Positions 47,942 to 57,210 of a stretch of 64,000 nucleotides of DNA are shown here, one piece after another; within the stretch, counting starts at the first letter, position 1, and every line of letters starts with the position of its first letter. The translations under genes and the position numbers were made by a program. Origin of the DNA: a virus (taxonomy: Duplodnaviria > Caudoviricetes); the IMG/VR virus record IMGVR_UViG_2898597404_000001, positions 10,614-74,613 of that record; one strand, 5' to 3'. Below the pieces are notes generated by a model. The model was given only the letters and a program-made list of their open reading frames with translations, was not told the DNA's origin and ran no database searches.

Positions 47942-47985
47942 AGCCCGCCCCGGCGCACACCCCCCGACCGGAGGACCGGCAGCGA

Positions 47986-48654
47986 ATGCGCGTGATCGTC
48001 ACCTGCGCTGGACACCAGCGGAAATGGGGCGGCTACCTCGGCGTCCCCTCCCACCTCGCACCGCTGGCGGACGGCACCCCCCTGCTCCACCGCACCCTCG
48101 CCCAGGCCGCCAGGATCAGCGAGGACGTCCACTACACGACACCGAGCCGCCCCGGCTACGAGCCCCCGGCCGGCCTCCAGGACCGGGTGACCCGCCACGT
48201 CCGCGACGAGGACCACCCCTCCGAGTACGCCTCCACCCGCGACCTGTGGTCCACCACGGGCCGCACGGTCCTCATGCTCGGCGACTGCTACTTCACCGAC
48301 GCCGCGGCCGCCGTGATCGGCGCGACGGACCGCCGGGACTACATCGTGTTCGGCCGCAAGGGACCCTCCAAGGTCACGAATACCCCGTGGGGAGAGATCT
48401 TCGCCGTGTCGTGGTGGCCCGAGCATCACGAGCTCCTGGACCGCCACCTCGCCGCCATCGCCGAGGTCCCCCGGACCGGGGCGACCAAGCGGCCGGACGG
48501 GTGGCTGCTGCTCCGCTCCATCCAGGGCACGCCCCTCGGCCTGCACCGGGTGGTGCCGCGCCACTTCCACGAGATCGACGACGCCACCGACGACTTCGAC
48601 TTCCCCGAGGACTACGACCGCCACCCGGCCACCCCGACCCCGGCCGCGCGATGA
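47986..48654 (+). CDS. nucleotidyltransferase (GT-A/NTP_transf)-like protein
   Basis: MRVIVTCAG..RKW....P.HL....G.PLL.RTL, LGDCYF, DFDFPEDY. Confidence 0.7.
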   Translation: MRVIVTCAGHQRKWGGYLGVPSHLAPLADGTPLLHRTLAQAARISEDVHYTTPSRPGYEPPAGLQDRVTRHVRDEDHPSEYASTRDLWSTTGRTVLMLGDCYFTDAAAAVIGATDRRDYIVFGRKGPSKVTNTPWGEIFAVSWWPEHHELLDRHLAAIAEVPRTGATKRPDGWLLLRSIQGTPLGLHRVVPRHFHEIDDATDDFDFPEDYDRHPATPTPAAR

Positions 48655-48968
48655 CCGGCCGGGCGAGGGCAGGGGGGAGCATCTGCCCCGCGTGCCGCGT
48701 GTGCGCGGACCACGGGCTCCCGCACGTGTGCATCACCAGCGGGGACGACCTGTCGCCGGTGTTCGTCGAGCTGCCCGCCGACGCGCTCCAGCGGCTCCGT
48801 GAGGACCTGGAGGCGCATCCGGCCGCCCGGCCTGTTCTGCCGGGCGGCACGGTGCTGGAGGCGGCGGACTCGTCATGGTGCTTCTGCGGCGGGTGCCGGC
48901 GCGGGGGCCGGGTGGTAACCGCGCCAGCCACGCGCTCAGCGTCGCCAATCCGGACACGGCTCGTCTGA
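48651..48968 (+). CDS. Cys-rich hypothetical protein
   Basis: CPACRVC...CFCGGC; ATGA overlap. Confidence 0.4.
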   Translation: MTGRARAGGSICPACRVCADHGLPHVCITSGDDLSPVFVELPADALQRLREDLEAHPAARPVLPGGTVLEAADSSWCFCGGCRRGGRVVTAPATRSASPIRTRLV

Positions 48969-49048
48969 AGGCGTCCATGCCCTCCGACCGTAGGCGGCGG
49001 CTCACCGGGGGTTCCCCGGACCGGGGAACTGTGGATAACCCGGCCCGG

Positions 49049-49480
49049 TCATGCCGCGTCCGGTGCCGGGTGGCCGATGCGCATCGTCTCGCGGCGCGCC
49101 CACCGGTAGGGCGTGATGGGGTGCCTGGTGCGGGACCAGGTTTCGATCACGACCGCTTCCGGGGTCGCCTCGACCACTGTGCCCATGATCAGGGGCCCGC
49201 CGTTGGTGCCGGGCATGGACAGGATCTCGTCCCCGACCTCGGCCTGATGGAACTCCAGGACCTCCTTCCAGCGGTAGGTGCGGCCGTCCACCTCGGCCCA
49301 GTACCAGGTCGGGTAGGCGTCGTCCGGGCCGAGGAGGTGGCGCCTCCGCGCGGCCTCGTGCTGGCCCCAGGCGTCGCGCGGTACGCCGTGGCGGTCGAGG
49401 TGCTCCTGCAGCTCCCTGCGGGTTTCGCAGGCGGCGGCTCTGGAGGACGCGATCTCCGGGCCCGTTTCGAGAATCCACAT
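49049..49480 (-). CDS. hypothetical protein
   Basis: RBS aaagga, codon bias. Confidence 0.65.
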   Translation of the reverse strand: MWILETGPEIASSRAAACETRRELQEHLDRHGVPRDAWGQHEAARRRHLLGPDDAYPTWYWAEVDGRTYRWKEVLEFHQAEVGDEILSMPGTNGGPLIMGTVVEATPEAVVIETWSRTRHPITPYRWARRETMRIGHPAPDAA

Positions 49481-49562
49481 CCGCGGACTCCTTTCAGATC
49501 GGATAGGTAGGAGATGGGGCGGCCGGGGGCCGCTCCATCTCGCAGGGGATGTTCGCTGGTGA

Positions 49563-49934
49563 TCAGTTCCGCAGCTCGCCGGGGAAGATCCGGTAGGTCC
49601 GGCCCCGGTACTGGACGATCAGGAAGAGCTTGTACTCGCCGGAGTGGTCCTCGACGTCGAAGTCGATGATCTCGACCTTGCGCAGGCCCGGCCTGATCAT
49701 CGCGTTCCACGTGCGGCCGATCAGCATCTCGGCCTGGTCGAGGATCACGGCCTCGCTGCGGCTCCAGGTCACGACCCCGTCGGCCGTGCGCCGGGTACCC
49801 GGCTCGTTCCGGGCATCCTCGACCGCTCGGCGCTCCTTCTCGGCCATCTCACGAGCGATCTTGTCCTGCACGCTGCCGTAGTCGTTGATCGCGTACCAGT
49901 CGGCTTCGAGCTGGATGTCGTGGATGGTGGCCAT
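49563..49934 (-). CDS. hypothetical protein
   Basis: RBS aagga, promoter box upstream. Confidence 0.75.
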   Translation of the reverse strand: MATIHDIQLEADWYAINDYGSVQDKIAREMAEKERRAVEDARNEPGTRRTADGVVTWSRSEAVILDQAEMLIGRTWNAMIRPGLRKVEIIDFDVEDHSGEYKLFLIVQYRGRTYRIFPGELRN

Positions 49935-49965
49935 GTCTCTGTCTCCTTAGCGCTTTGCTGTTTGC

Positions 49966-50004
49966 TTATGTCTCTATTATAGGCCAACTTTAGGGACATA
50001 GCAA
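49966..50004 (-). promoter_or_regulatory. promoter-operator box 6
   Basis: TTGCTA-N17-TATAAT-AGAGACATAA. Confidence 0.82.
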
Positions 50005-50069
50005 GCCGTGTGCGACCCGAGATGACAGAGCGCGGTGATGTCTGGCGCGGAGCCGCGCCCGCCGGTCGG

Positions 50070-50228
50070 TCAGGCCAGCTCCAGGCCCGCGTCCAGGCCG
50101 CACTGCGCGTGCGCGATCACCGAGTCGTCGCCCTTGGTGAACTCGCCCGCCTCCTCGATGGGGAACCCGTGGGCGTCGGTCTTGATCCGCTCGCCGCACA
50201 GCTCGCACGTTCTGTAGTCCTCGTCCAT
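50070..50228 (-). CDS. 52-aa acidic CxxC..HxxC protein (not in ORF track)
   Basis: MDEDYRTCELCGE...IAHAQCGLDAGLELA; paralog of 50296-50445. Confidence 0.75.
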   Translation of the reverse strand: MDEDYRTCELCGERIKTDAHGFPIEEAGEFTKGDDSVIAHAQCGLDAGLELA

Positions 50229-50295
50229 GTCGCCTTCCTCTGCTCGGTGGTCGGGACCCTGGGCCGGGGGCGTCGCGCCCCCGGCCCCTCGCTCG

Positions 50296-50445
50296 TCAGG
50301 CCAGGCGCAGCCCGGCGTCCAGTCCGCACTGGCCGTGCGCGACGATCGTCTTGCCGCCTCGGATGAAGTGGCCGATGTCGCCGCCGTCCGGCATCTCGTC
50401 CTCGTCCTGCTCGAACGGCTCCTCGCACAGTTCGCATTCGTCCAT
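50296..50445 (-). CDS. 49-aa acidic CxxC..HxxC protein (not in ORF track)
   Basis: MDECELCEE...VAHGQCGLDAGLRLA. Confidence 0.75.
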   Translation of the reverse strand: MDECELCEEPFEQDEDEMPDGGDIGHFIRGGKTIVAHGQCGLDAGLRLA

Positions 50446-50470
50446 CTGGCTTCCGTTCCTCTCTGCGCTA

Positions 50471-50509
50471 TTCTGACTCTATTCTAGGCCAAATATAGGG
50501 ACATAACAA
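50471..50509 (-). promoter_or_regulatory. promoter-operator box 7
   Basis: TTGTTA-N17-TAGAAT. Confidence 0.8.
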
Positions 50510-50551
50510 GCTGCGGGGCGTCCCGAGAGGACACCTGAACTGGCCGGACGC

Positions 50552-50818
50552 CTACCTCACGGCCGTGCGGTACAGACGCCACAGGAGCCGGAGCTGCTCC
50601 CGGCGCGGCCGCCCCGCCAGCGCGTACACCCTGAACGCGAACGCCGCGATCTCGGCCTCGCTCATGCCGTGCTCGTGCTGCGCGCACCCGTCGACGAAGC
50701 CGCGGACCTCAAGGCCGGCCCTGCTCCGCCCCACGGTGCGGATCTCGGCCTCGGCCTTCGCGCCCGCAGCCCACCAGCGGTACTCGGGCGTGCCGGACGG
50801 CGGGGGGTCGGTCGTCAC
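50552..50818 (-). CDS. hypothetical protein
   Basis: GTG-start ORF, codon bias. Confidence 0.45.
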   Translation of the reverse strand: MTTDPPPSGTPEYRWWAAGAKAEAEIRTVGRSRAGLEVRGFVDGCAQHEHGMSEAEIAAFAFRVYALAGRPRREQLRLLWRLYRTAVR

Positions 50819-51112
50819 GCGGCCATTGTGCAACGCGGCCCCCAGAGCGGCCGGGACGGCGCGCGGAGCCGTACAGTGCCCGGATGGACCCGACGCCCAC
50901 CGCACCCGACCACCGCCAGGTCTACATCGAGTGCCCGCCGGAGTGGGGCCCGGGTCAGGCGCTGATCACCCGGCTGGAGCGGCTCGGCTACGACGTCGAG
51001 GACCACCGCGCGCTCGGCAGGGGCGAGCGATGGCTCACGCTCCGCTGAGAGGCCCGCTGCGGCCCTGGCGGTCGCTGGCCAGGGGATTCACTGCCCCGAC
51101 CTGCCACGTGAA

Positions 51113-51143
51113 GAAGGGGGGCAACCTGAGGTTGCCCCCCTTC
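51113..51143. repeat. palindrome GGGGGCAACC-N3-GGTTGCCCCC, copy 3
   Basis: direct read; arms extended by GAAG/CTTC. Confidence 0.85.
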
Positions 51144-51231
51144 CGCGTGCGGCGCGGTGCCTGGGGCTCACTGGCCGGGAAGCCTGCGCGGCCGCTCACA
51201 GGCGCGCTGAGCGCCTCGTGAGCGGCCGCGG

Positions 51232-51624
51232 CTAGAACTCGGTGTAGAGGCGGGCGATCGCGGCGGCCAGGAGGCGCGCGAGGTCGGCGGTCTCGGGGTC
51301 CTCCTCGGCCATCTCCGCGAGGGGGTCGGGGCTGCCGGGGTAGGGCCGCACCTGGGGGGCGTCGGTGGTGATGTGGGTGACCTGGAGGCTGCCCCGGAGA
51401 CCCCAGTTCCCGATCTCGGCGGGCTCGCCCCCGCCCCCGAAGGTGACCTTGACCCCGTGCTCGGGGTTCTCGGGCGGCGTCGGCGGCTCGGCGACGAGCG
51501 GGCCGTGAATGGCCCTGTCGAACGACTCCACCAGGTAGGTGCGCGGCTCGCCGGGGGCGGTGTGGAAGTAGGAGACCATGAGGTCGAGGAACAGCACCTC
51601 GATCATCTCGGAGAACGGTTCCAT
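51232..51624 (-). CDS. hypothetical acidic protein
   Basis: RBS gaggagg, promoter box upstream. Confidence 0.7.
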   Translation of the reverse strand: MEPFSEMIEVLFLDLMVSYFHTAPGEPRTYLVESFDRAIHGPLVAEPPTPPENPEHGVKVTFGGGGEPAEIGNWGLRGSLQVTHITTDAPQVRPYPGSPDPLAEMAEEDPETADLARLLAAAIARLYTEF

Positions 51625-51652
51625 GCGTTTCCTCCTCGGGGGCTACTGTCGC

Positions 51653-51691
51653 TTATGCCTCTATTATAGGCCAATTTCAGGGACATAACAA
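51653..51691 (-). promoter_or_regulatory. promoter-operator box 8
   Basis: TTGTTA-N17-TATAAT-AGAGGCATAA. Confidence 0.82.
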
Positions 51692-51732
51692 TCGAGTGGC
51701 GACCCCGCACGAACCACGAGAGCCCCTGCCGG

Positions 51733-52143
51733 TCAGCCCCGCAGCGTGACCGGCTCCTCGTCCGCGCACCCGCCCCCGACCCGGAACGAGCGCACCTCCG
51801 GCGACCCGCCCCGCAGCGACACGATCAGGTAGTGGACCCCCGGATCCCACGCCGCCCGCACGTCCTCCCGCGACGGGTACGCGCCGCCGCGCGGATGCGA
51901 GTGGTACACCACCACCGGATCCTCCCCGCGCGCGTCCATCTCCCGCCACACCGCGAGCTGCTCCTCCGGATCGAACCGGAACCGCCGCCGCCGGTCGCCG
52001 GACGCGTTGGCCATCGGCACATGCCGGACCGGCCTGCCGCTGCCGGCCGGGCCCGCGACGATCCCGCACGCCTCGAACGGGTGCTCGGAGCGGGCGTGCT
52101 CCACGATCGCGTCGAGCAGCCCGCCGGAGATCACGAGCCCCAC
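51733..52143 (-). CDS. JAB/MPN (M67, Mec-like) metallopeptidase
   Basis: EACG...YHSHP...PSREDV (JAMM motif E..HxH..S..D). Confidence 0.9.
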   Translation of the reverse strand: MGLVISGGLLDAIVEHARSEHPFEACGIVAGPAGSGRPVRHVPMANASGDRRRRFRFDPEEQLAVWREMDARGEDPVVVYHSHPRGGAYPSREDVRAAWDPGVHYLIVSLRGGSPEVRSFRVGGGCADEEPVTLRG

Positions 52144-52403
52144 GGGCGCCACCCGGACACGTAGCCGGGCCGGTCGTCGTAGGCCGACGCCAGCAGCCGC
52201 AGCTCCTCGCACGGCGAGACGGCCTGGCACGACCGGCACCGCCGCGAGCCGTCCGCGCGCTCCGGGCCCGGCGCGTGCCGCGCCGCGATCGCGCGCAGCG
52301 CGCGGATGATGCGCAGGGTCCGGTGCGGGTGCGCGAGCACCTGGCGCGCCTTCTGCGCGTCCGTGTCGAGCTGGTCCAGGTACCACGGGTAGAGCCCCTC
52401 CAC
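52131..52403 (-). CDS. DUF6221-like phage protein
   Basis: CRSC...PCEELRLLASAYDDRPGY...W. Confidence 0.65.
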   Translation of the reverse strand: MEGLYPWYLDQLDTDAQKARQVLAHPHRTLRIIRALRAIAARHAPGPERADGSRRCRSCQAVSPCEELRLLASAYDDRPGYVSGWRPWGS

Positions 52404-52585
52404 CCCCGCACCTCCCGAGACGGCGAACGATGATCCATAATCGCCCGCCTGGGCGTCCGGGGCCGCGCACCTCGCCGGGCTCCGCACGGGTTCCCGCGAC
52501 CCGCCCCGGCCGGAGCGGTCCGGCCGCTACGGTGCCGCCCGGGGGCGACCACCGGGGACCGCCGCCCGCACCGGAGGAGGAACCG

Positions 52586-53167
52586 TTGGTCATCGCCGTC
52601 TACCCCTCGGGGTCGATCAAGAAGGGCGTCGCGGACGAGAAGAAGGCGTGCTGGTCCGACACCGAGCGGGCCCAGGTCGCCGAGGGCGCCGCCCCGTCCG
52701 AGGTCGTCTTCTTCGAGAACGACGGCCCGCTGCCGGCCGGGATCAGCACGCGCGCGCAGTTCGGCCGGGACGTCTACCAGGTGGCCGCCTCGGACGTTGT
52801 GGTCGTCGACGCCAGGGAGCGGCGCGGCCTCGGCGTCGGGGTCGAGATGGCGGCCGCGGCCGCGTTCCGGGTCCCGATCCTCGTCGTCGCGCCCCGCAAC
52901 ACCAAGTACCGGGCCGACAGGCTGGCCTACCGGGGCACGGTCGTCGAGGACTACGTCCACCCGCACATCGCCGCGCTGGCCACGCTGATCGTGGACGACT
53001 TCCGAGAGGCGGGGCGTCGGCTCCTCCGGACAGCCCGGTCCAAGCCCCTCAACCCCGTGATGGGCATGCCGTCCTGGCTGGAGGGCGCCTACGGCGAGTA
53101 CCGGGACCGGGTGCTCCCCGGCGACCCGCCCATGCTGGCGCTCCTGGACCGGCTCGGACGCCGCTGA
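52586..53167 (+). CDS. nucleoside 2-deoxyribosyltransferase (NDT)-like protein
   Basis: VYPSGSI...D...ASDVVVV...GVGVEM..A....PIL. Confidence 0.6.
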   Translation: MVIAVYPSGSIKKGVADEKKACWSDTERAQVAEGAAPSEVVFFENDGPLPAGISTRAQFGRDVYQVAASDVVVVDARERRGLGVGVEMAAAAAFRVPILVVAPRNTKYRADRLAYRGTVVEDYVHPHIAALATLIVDDFREAGRRLLRTARSKPLNPVMGMPSWLEGAYGEYRDRVLPGDPPMLALLDRLGRR

Positions 53168-53183
53168 CACGACACCGCGCAGA

Positions 53184-53213
53184 AGGCGGCCCCCGGACGA
53201 TCGGGGGCCGCCT
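53184..53213. terminator. bidirectional hairpin between convergent genes
   Basis: aggcggcccccg-N6-cgggggccgcct. Confidence 0.6.
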
Positions 53214-53222
53214 CTCACTGTC

Positions 53223-53780
53223 TCAGAGCCCGCGCCGGAGCCGGACGCCGGTGAGGTAATCGTCCATGACCTTGTTGTGGCGCGCGTCGGCGAGGGCGTT
53301 GTGCTGGCCCTCTTCCTGCCTCGGGAGCTCGTCGACGCCGAGGCAGTGCATCTCCTGGCGGATGTCCCAGGTCCACATGGGCACGCCCTCGGGCATGTCC
53401 GCCATGCGGCCCCAGAGCTGCGCGAGCACGACGTGGTCGTAGGAGCCGTAGTAGGCGACCAGGACGGGGTCGGGGACGGCGGTGATGAACCGCTGGACCA
53501 TGCGGGCGATCTGGGGCCGGGACCGGACGTCCGGGTGTGCGCGGTCGAGGTGGCCGGGGCCGCAGGCGCAGCGGACGCCCTTGGGGTGCTTGTAGGTGGG
53601 CAGGGACGGCCACACGTTCTCGACGAGCCAGGGGTTGGCGCGGACGGCGTTCTGGTCGAACTCGCTGGAGACGGCGTACAGCTCGCTGCCGTGCTCGGTG
53701 ACCATGCCGATCGAGATGAGGTCGATCGGGGAGTCCGGGCCCTGCTCGTGGAACTCGGTGTCGTAGTAGATCTTGGTCAT
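53223..53780 (-). CDS. DEDD 3'-5' exoribonuclease (RNase AS/Rv2179c-like)
   Basis: YYDTEF, LISIGMV, YDHV.L.QLWG.M, HNALADA. Confidence 0.88.
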   Translation of the reverse strand: MTKIYYDTEFHEQGPDSPIDLISIGMVTEHGSELYAVSSEFDQNAVRANPWLVENVWPSLPTYKHPKGVRCACGPGHLDRAHPDVRSRPQIARMVQRFITAVPDPVLVAYYGSYDHVVLAQLWGRMADMPEGVPMWTWDIRQEMHCLGVDELPRQEEGQHNALADARHNKVMDDYLTGVRLRRGL

Positions 53781-53805
53781 GCGGCCTCCGGTGCGGATCG
53801 CTTCC

Positions 53806-53846
53806 TTATGTCCTCAATTTTGGCCTACTGTGAGGGCATAGGTCAA
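53806..53846 (-). promoter_or_regulatory. promoter-operator box 9
   Basis: TTGACC-N18-CAAAAT-TGAGGACATAA. Confidence 0.72.
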
Positions 53847-53860
53847 TCCGGGAGAGGACA

Positions 53861-54088
53861 TCAAGCCGCGGGCCCGTCCTCGCGCGGCTCGACCGCGATG
53901 TGGTCGAGCTCCGAGACGCGGACCGCGACCGCGCCGCCGCTGATCGTGTGGACGAGGATCACCGTGCTGTCGGGCATCTCCAGGACCCGGCCCGCCGCCG
54001 CCACGGCGTCCTCCACCCCGACGTGTGACGGTTCGGGGCTGTCGGCGACTGCGCCGAGCTTGGTCACGTACTGGGTAACGACCCTCAC
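53861..54088 (-). CDS. small hypothetical protein
   Basis: GTGA-coupled to upstream gene. Confidence 0.5.
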   Translation of the reverse strand: MRVVTQYVTKLGAVADSPEPSHVGVEDAVAAAGRVLEMPDSTVILVHTISGGAVAVRVSELDHIAVEPREDGPAA

Positions 54089-54354
54089 CGGCGCGCCTCC
54101 CTCTCCCGCCGCAGGCGCCGCTGCGCGGCCAGCGCGCCCTGCACCGGTTCCGCCGGGACGGGCGCCTCGGCGTCCTGCCCCGGCTCCGGGTCTGGGGCAG
54201 GTGCGGGGGGCAGGCCGGCCCACTCGCGGAACCCGGCGGATTCCTCGATCGCCCGGACCACGGTGTCCGAGTGGGTCTGGCCGCCGCGTTTCATGGCCTC
54301 CAGGTAGGCGTGGGTCTCCTGCGTGAGCTTGATACCGGTCCGAGGGTCCGCCAT
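54085..54354 (-). CDS. ribbon-helix-helix-like DNA-binding protein
   Basis: TGIKLTQETHAYLEAMKRGGQTHSDTVVRAI. Confidence 0.65.
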   Translation of the reverse strand: MADPRTGIKLTQETHAYLEAMKRGGQTHSDTVVRAIEESAGFREWAGLPPAPAPDPEPGQDAEAPVPAEPVQGALAAQRRLRREREARR

Positions 54355-54575
54355 GGAGGCATTGTCCATCGGTCAACGGACGGACCGAAACCCGAGACGG
54401 AGAGCGGATCATCCGCGTACTGTGGGCGACGGAACCGCAGGCGTCTCCTCCGACGCGGGCGGGTCCGCGCCTCCGGGGCCGGGCTTGGGATCGGCACAGC
54501 GCCCCGCGCGGACCCGCCCCGCCCGGACCGTGGCGATCACGGGAACCCCGCGGCCGTGAACGTACCGTTGACCCC

Positions 54576-54899
54576 ATGCCGGACCCTTCCCAGGCACCCC
54601 TCGGCGGCGTCACGATCGACGCCAAAGCCATCTATGACCTGGCATACCGGGGTGTTCTCCAGAACGAGCAGATACTCGGGCAGCTCCGGGCCCAGCAGAC
54701 CCAGATCGACCGGCACCAGCAGCGCCTCGACGAGATGGAAGGCCGGCTGCGGATGCAGGAGAGAACGACCATCACCCGCGCCGAGCTGGACAGCAAGAGC
54801 CGCAGGACGGTCGCGGCTGTCAGCGCGATCGTCGGCGCGGTAGGGGTTATGGTCACCCTGTTCTTCGGACTGATCAACCTCACAGGAGGATCATCATGA
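54576..54899 (+). CDS. coiled-coil plus C-terminal TM protein (holin-like)
   Basis: single TM, upstream of lysin. Confidence 0.55.
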   Translation: MPDPSQAPLGGVTIDAKAIYDLAYRGVLQNEQILGQLRAQQTQIDRHQQRLDEMEGRLRMQERTTITRAELDSKSRRTVAAVSAIVGAVGVMVTLFFGLINLTGGSS

Positions 54900-54927
54900 C
54901 CTTCCCGACGCGCGCCTGCGAGGCGCC

Positions 54928-56085
54928 GTGATCAACGTCAGAGACCGGGGCGCCATCGGAGACGGCGTCGCCGACGACTCCGCGGCCTTCCAAGACGCCC
55001 TCACCGCAGGCGGCTGGATCTACGTGCCCCCCGGCGTGTACCTGCTGGCGACCCTGCCCCTCCGGATCCCGGCGCGGACCAGGCTGACCCTGGAGCCGGG
55101 CGCGGTCCTGCTCCGCGCCTCGCCGGAGGTCATGCTGACCAACACGCCGCCCGGCGGCTCCTCCTCCGGCGGGTACGGCGGGCCCGGCGGGATCCTGGTC
55201 GAGGGCGGCCTGTGGGACGTCAACGGGGTCGTGCGGACCGAGTACTCGGGGGCGCTCGCCTTCGCGCACGCCGAGGACATCACGGTCCGGGACGTCACCG
55301 TGCAGGACGTCCCCGGCTGGCACGCCGTCGAGTTCAACGCCTGCAAGAACACCCGCGTCCGCGACAGCCGCTTCATGGGGTTCTGGCACACCGGTGACCG
55401 GGGCGGCTCCGAGGCGGTCCAGTTCGACGCCGCCACGAGCACGACCGCCTACCCGTGGGGCGGCCCCTACGACGAGACCCCGTGCCAGGACGCGTCGGTC
55501 ACGGGCTGCCTGGTCGGCCCCTCCGGCACGCCCGGCACGCAGTCCTGGCCGCGCGGCGTCGGTTCGCACAACTGCGGGGCCACCGCGCACAGCGGGATCC
55601 GCGTCGCCCGGAACGTGTTCGACCAGGTCACCGACTCCGGTGTCCGCACCTACAAGTGGTCAGAGTCGCTCATCGTCAACAACACGGTGAAAGCCTCACT
55701 TGGGGAGGGCATCGCGGTCCGGGACAGCACGTACCACACGGACGTGCTCGGCAACCAGGTGTTCGACTCGGGGCGGTCCGGGATCTGGGTGAACAACGGG
55801 TGCAGCCAGATCGGCATCCGGGGTAACACGGTCATCGGGTCCGGCAAGTCGGAGGACAGCGTCCACTACGGGATCCGGATCTCGAACACCTGCAACCTCG
55901 TGCAGATCACCGGGAACCGGGTTCGCCGCCGCTCGGTCGGGCCGCACGCCCGGTACGGGCTGTCGCTGACCAGCACCTGCGACCGGTGCCAGCGGTACGG
56001 GAACTACCTGGCCGCCTCCGGGAACCTCGGCGCCATCGAGGACGTCTCGACGAACGTGATCATCGCCGCGACCGACGCAGCCTGA
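54928..56085 (+). CDS. pectate-lyase-like right-handed beta-helix protein (putative depolymerase)
   Basis: INVRD.GAIGDGVADDSAAFQ.AL...YVPPGVY; Asn-ladder repeats. Confidence 0.85.
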   Translation: MINVRDRGAIGDGVADDSAAFQDALTAGGWIYVPPGVYLLATLPLRIPARTRLTLEPGAVLLRASPEVMLTNTPPGGSSSGGYGGPGGILVEGGLWDVNGVVRTEYSGALAFAHAEDITVRDVTVQDVPGWHAVEFNACKNTRVRDSRFMGFWHTGDRGGSEAVQFDAATSTTAYPWGGPYDETPCQDASVTGCLVGPSGTPGTQSWPRGVGSHNCGATAHSGIRVARNVFDQVTDSGVRTYKWSESLIVNNTVKASLGEGIAVRDSTYHTDVLGNQVFDSGRSGIWVNNGCSQIGIRGNTVIGSGKSEDSVHYGIRISNTCNLVQITGNRVRRRSVGPHARYGLSLTSTCDRCQRYGNYLAASGNLGAIEDVSTNVIIAATDAA

Positions 56086-56122
56086 CGCCGCCTCCTCCCC
56101 GCCCCCCAGGCCGGAGGCCGAA

Positions 56123-57187
56123 ATGCCCGTGTTCGGGGTCGACTACGCGTGGGGCCGCCCCGGCACCGCCGCCCTCAAACGGGCCGGAGCGGAGTTCGCG
56201 TGCCGCTACCTGTCCCACGACACGACCGGCAAGAATCTCACCCGCGCCGAGGCCGTCCGGCTGTCCGACGCCGGGATATGGCTGGTGGCCGTGTGGGAGA
56301 CCACCGCCCGCAGACCGCTGGCTGGCCGCGCGGCCGGGGCCGACGACGCCCGGCACGCGGACGCGCAGGCGAAGGCGTGCGGGATGCCGCCCGGGCGGCC
56401 GATCTACTTCGCCGCCGACTGGGACGCCACCGCGGCGCAGCAGGACGAGATCCACGCCTACCTGGACGGCGCGGCCAGCGTGATCGGCGTGGAGCGGGTC
56501 GGTCTCTACGGCGGCTACTGGCCCGTGAAGCGCGCGTTCGACGCAAAGAAGATCACCTACGGGTGGCAGACCTACGCCTGGTCCGGTGGCCGCTGGGACG
56601 CCCGCGCGCACCTCCGCCAGTACTCCAACGACCACAGGATCGACGGCGTCGGCCTGGACTACGACCACGCCATGGCCAGCGACTACGGGCAGTGGCGCGT
56701 GGGCGTCGCGCCCGAGAAGGGGGACGAGGACATGCCGCCGCTGCGGACCAGCCTCAGCAAGAGCAAGGCGCAGGAGCTCGCCTGGGGCCAGTTCACGAAC
56801 ATCCGCTGGGACAGGGAGAACGCCGACCCCGGCGACGCCCACGCCGACGGCGACTACCCCGGATACGTGGCCCCCGACTCCTCCTGGGCTGACCTCGACG
56901 CCGTGATCCAGGTCCGCGGCCTCGCGCCGGGCGACCAGTACCAGCTCCGCTTCGAGGTCCACGACTGGGCGAAGGGCAAGTCGACCGGGTCGTGGTCGGA
57001 GTGCCGCTGCGACGCCCTCGCCACCTCCGGCGACCAGTACGTCACCGGCTCCATGCCGAAGTACCTGCGGAAGGGGCAGCACGTCTACGCGGCCGTCGCG
57101 GTGTTCCGCGCGGAGGGCAGCGCGCCCGACCGGCCCGCCCCCAGGGCGATCGGCGGCCGCTACACGATCCGGCAGGAGCGGGCCTGA
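56123..57187 (+). CDS. DUF1906/GH25-like glycoside hydrolase, endolysin
   Basis: GVDYAW, RYLS, K.LTRAE, PIYFAADWD, G.YGG, WQTYAWSGG. Confidence 0.88.
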   Translation: MPVFGVDYAWGRPGTAALKRAGAEFACRYLSHDTTGKNLTRAEAVRLSDAGIWLVAVWETTARRPLAGRAAGADDARHADAQAKACGMPPGRPIYFAADWDATAAQQDEIHAYLDGAASVIGVERVGLYGGYWPVKRAFDAKKITYGWQTYAWSGGRWDARAHLRQYSNDHRIDGVGLDYDHAMASDYGQWRVGVAPEKGDEDMPPLRTSLSKSKAQELAWGQFTNIRWDRENADPGDAHADGDYPGYVAPDSSWADLDAVIQVRGLAPGDQYQLRFEVHDWAKGKSTGSWSECRCDALATSGDQYVTGSMPKYLRKGQHVYAAVAVFRAEGSAPDRPAPRAIGGRYTIRQERA

Positions 57188-57210
57188 CCGCCCGGCGAGA
57201 GGAGGCGGCG

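Noticed and set aside
49030-49038. Perfect DnaA box TGTGGATAA
   Set aside because: Single isolated copy with no origin context.
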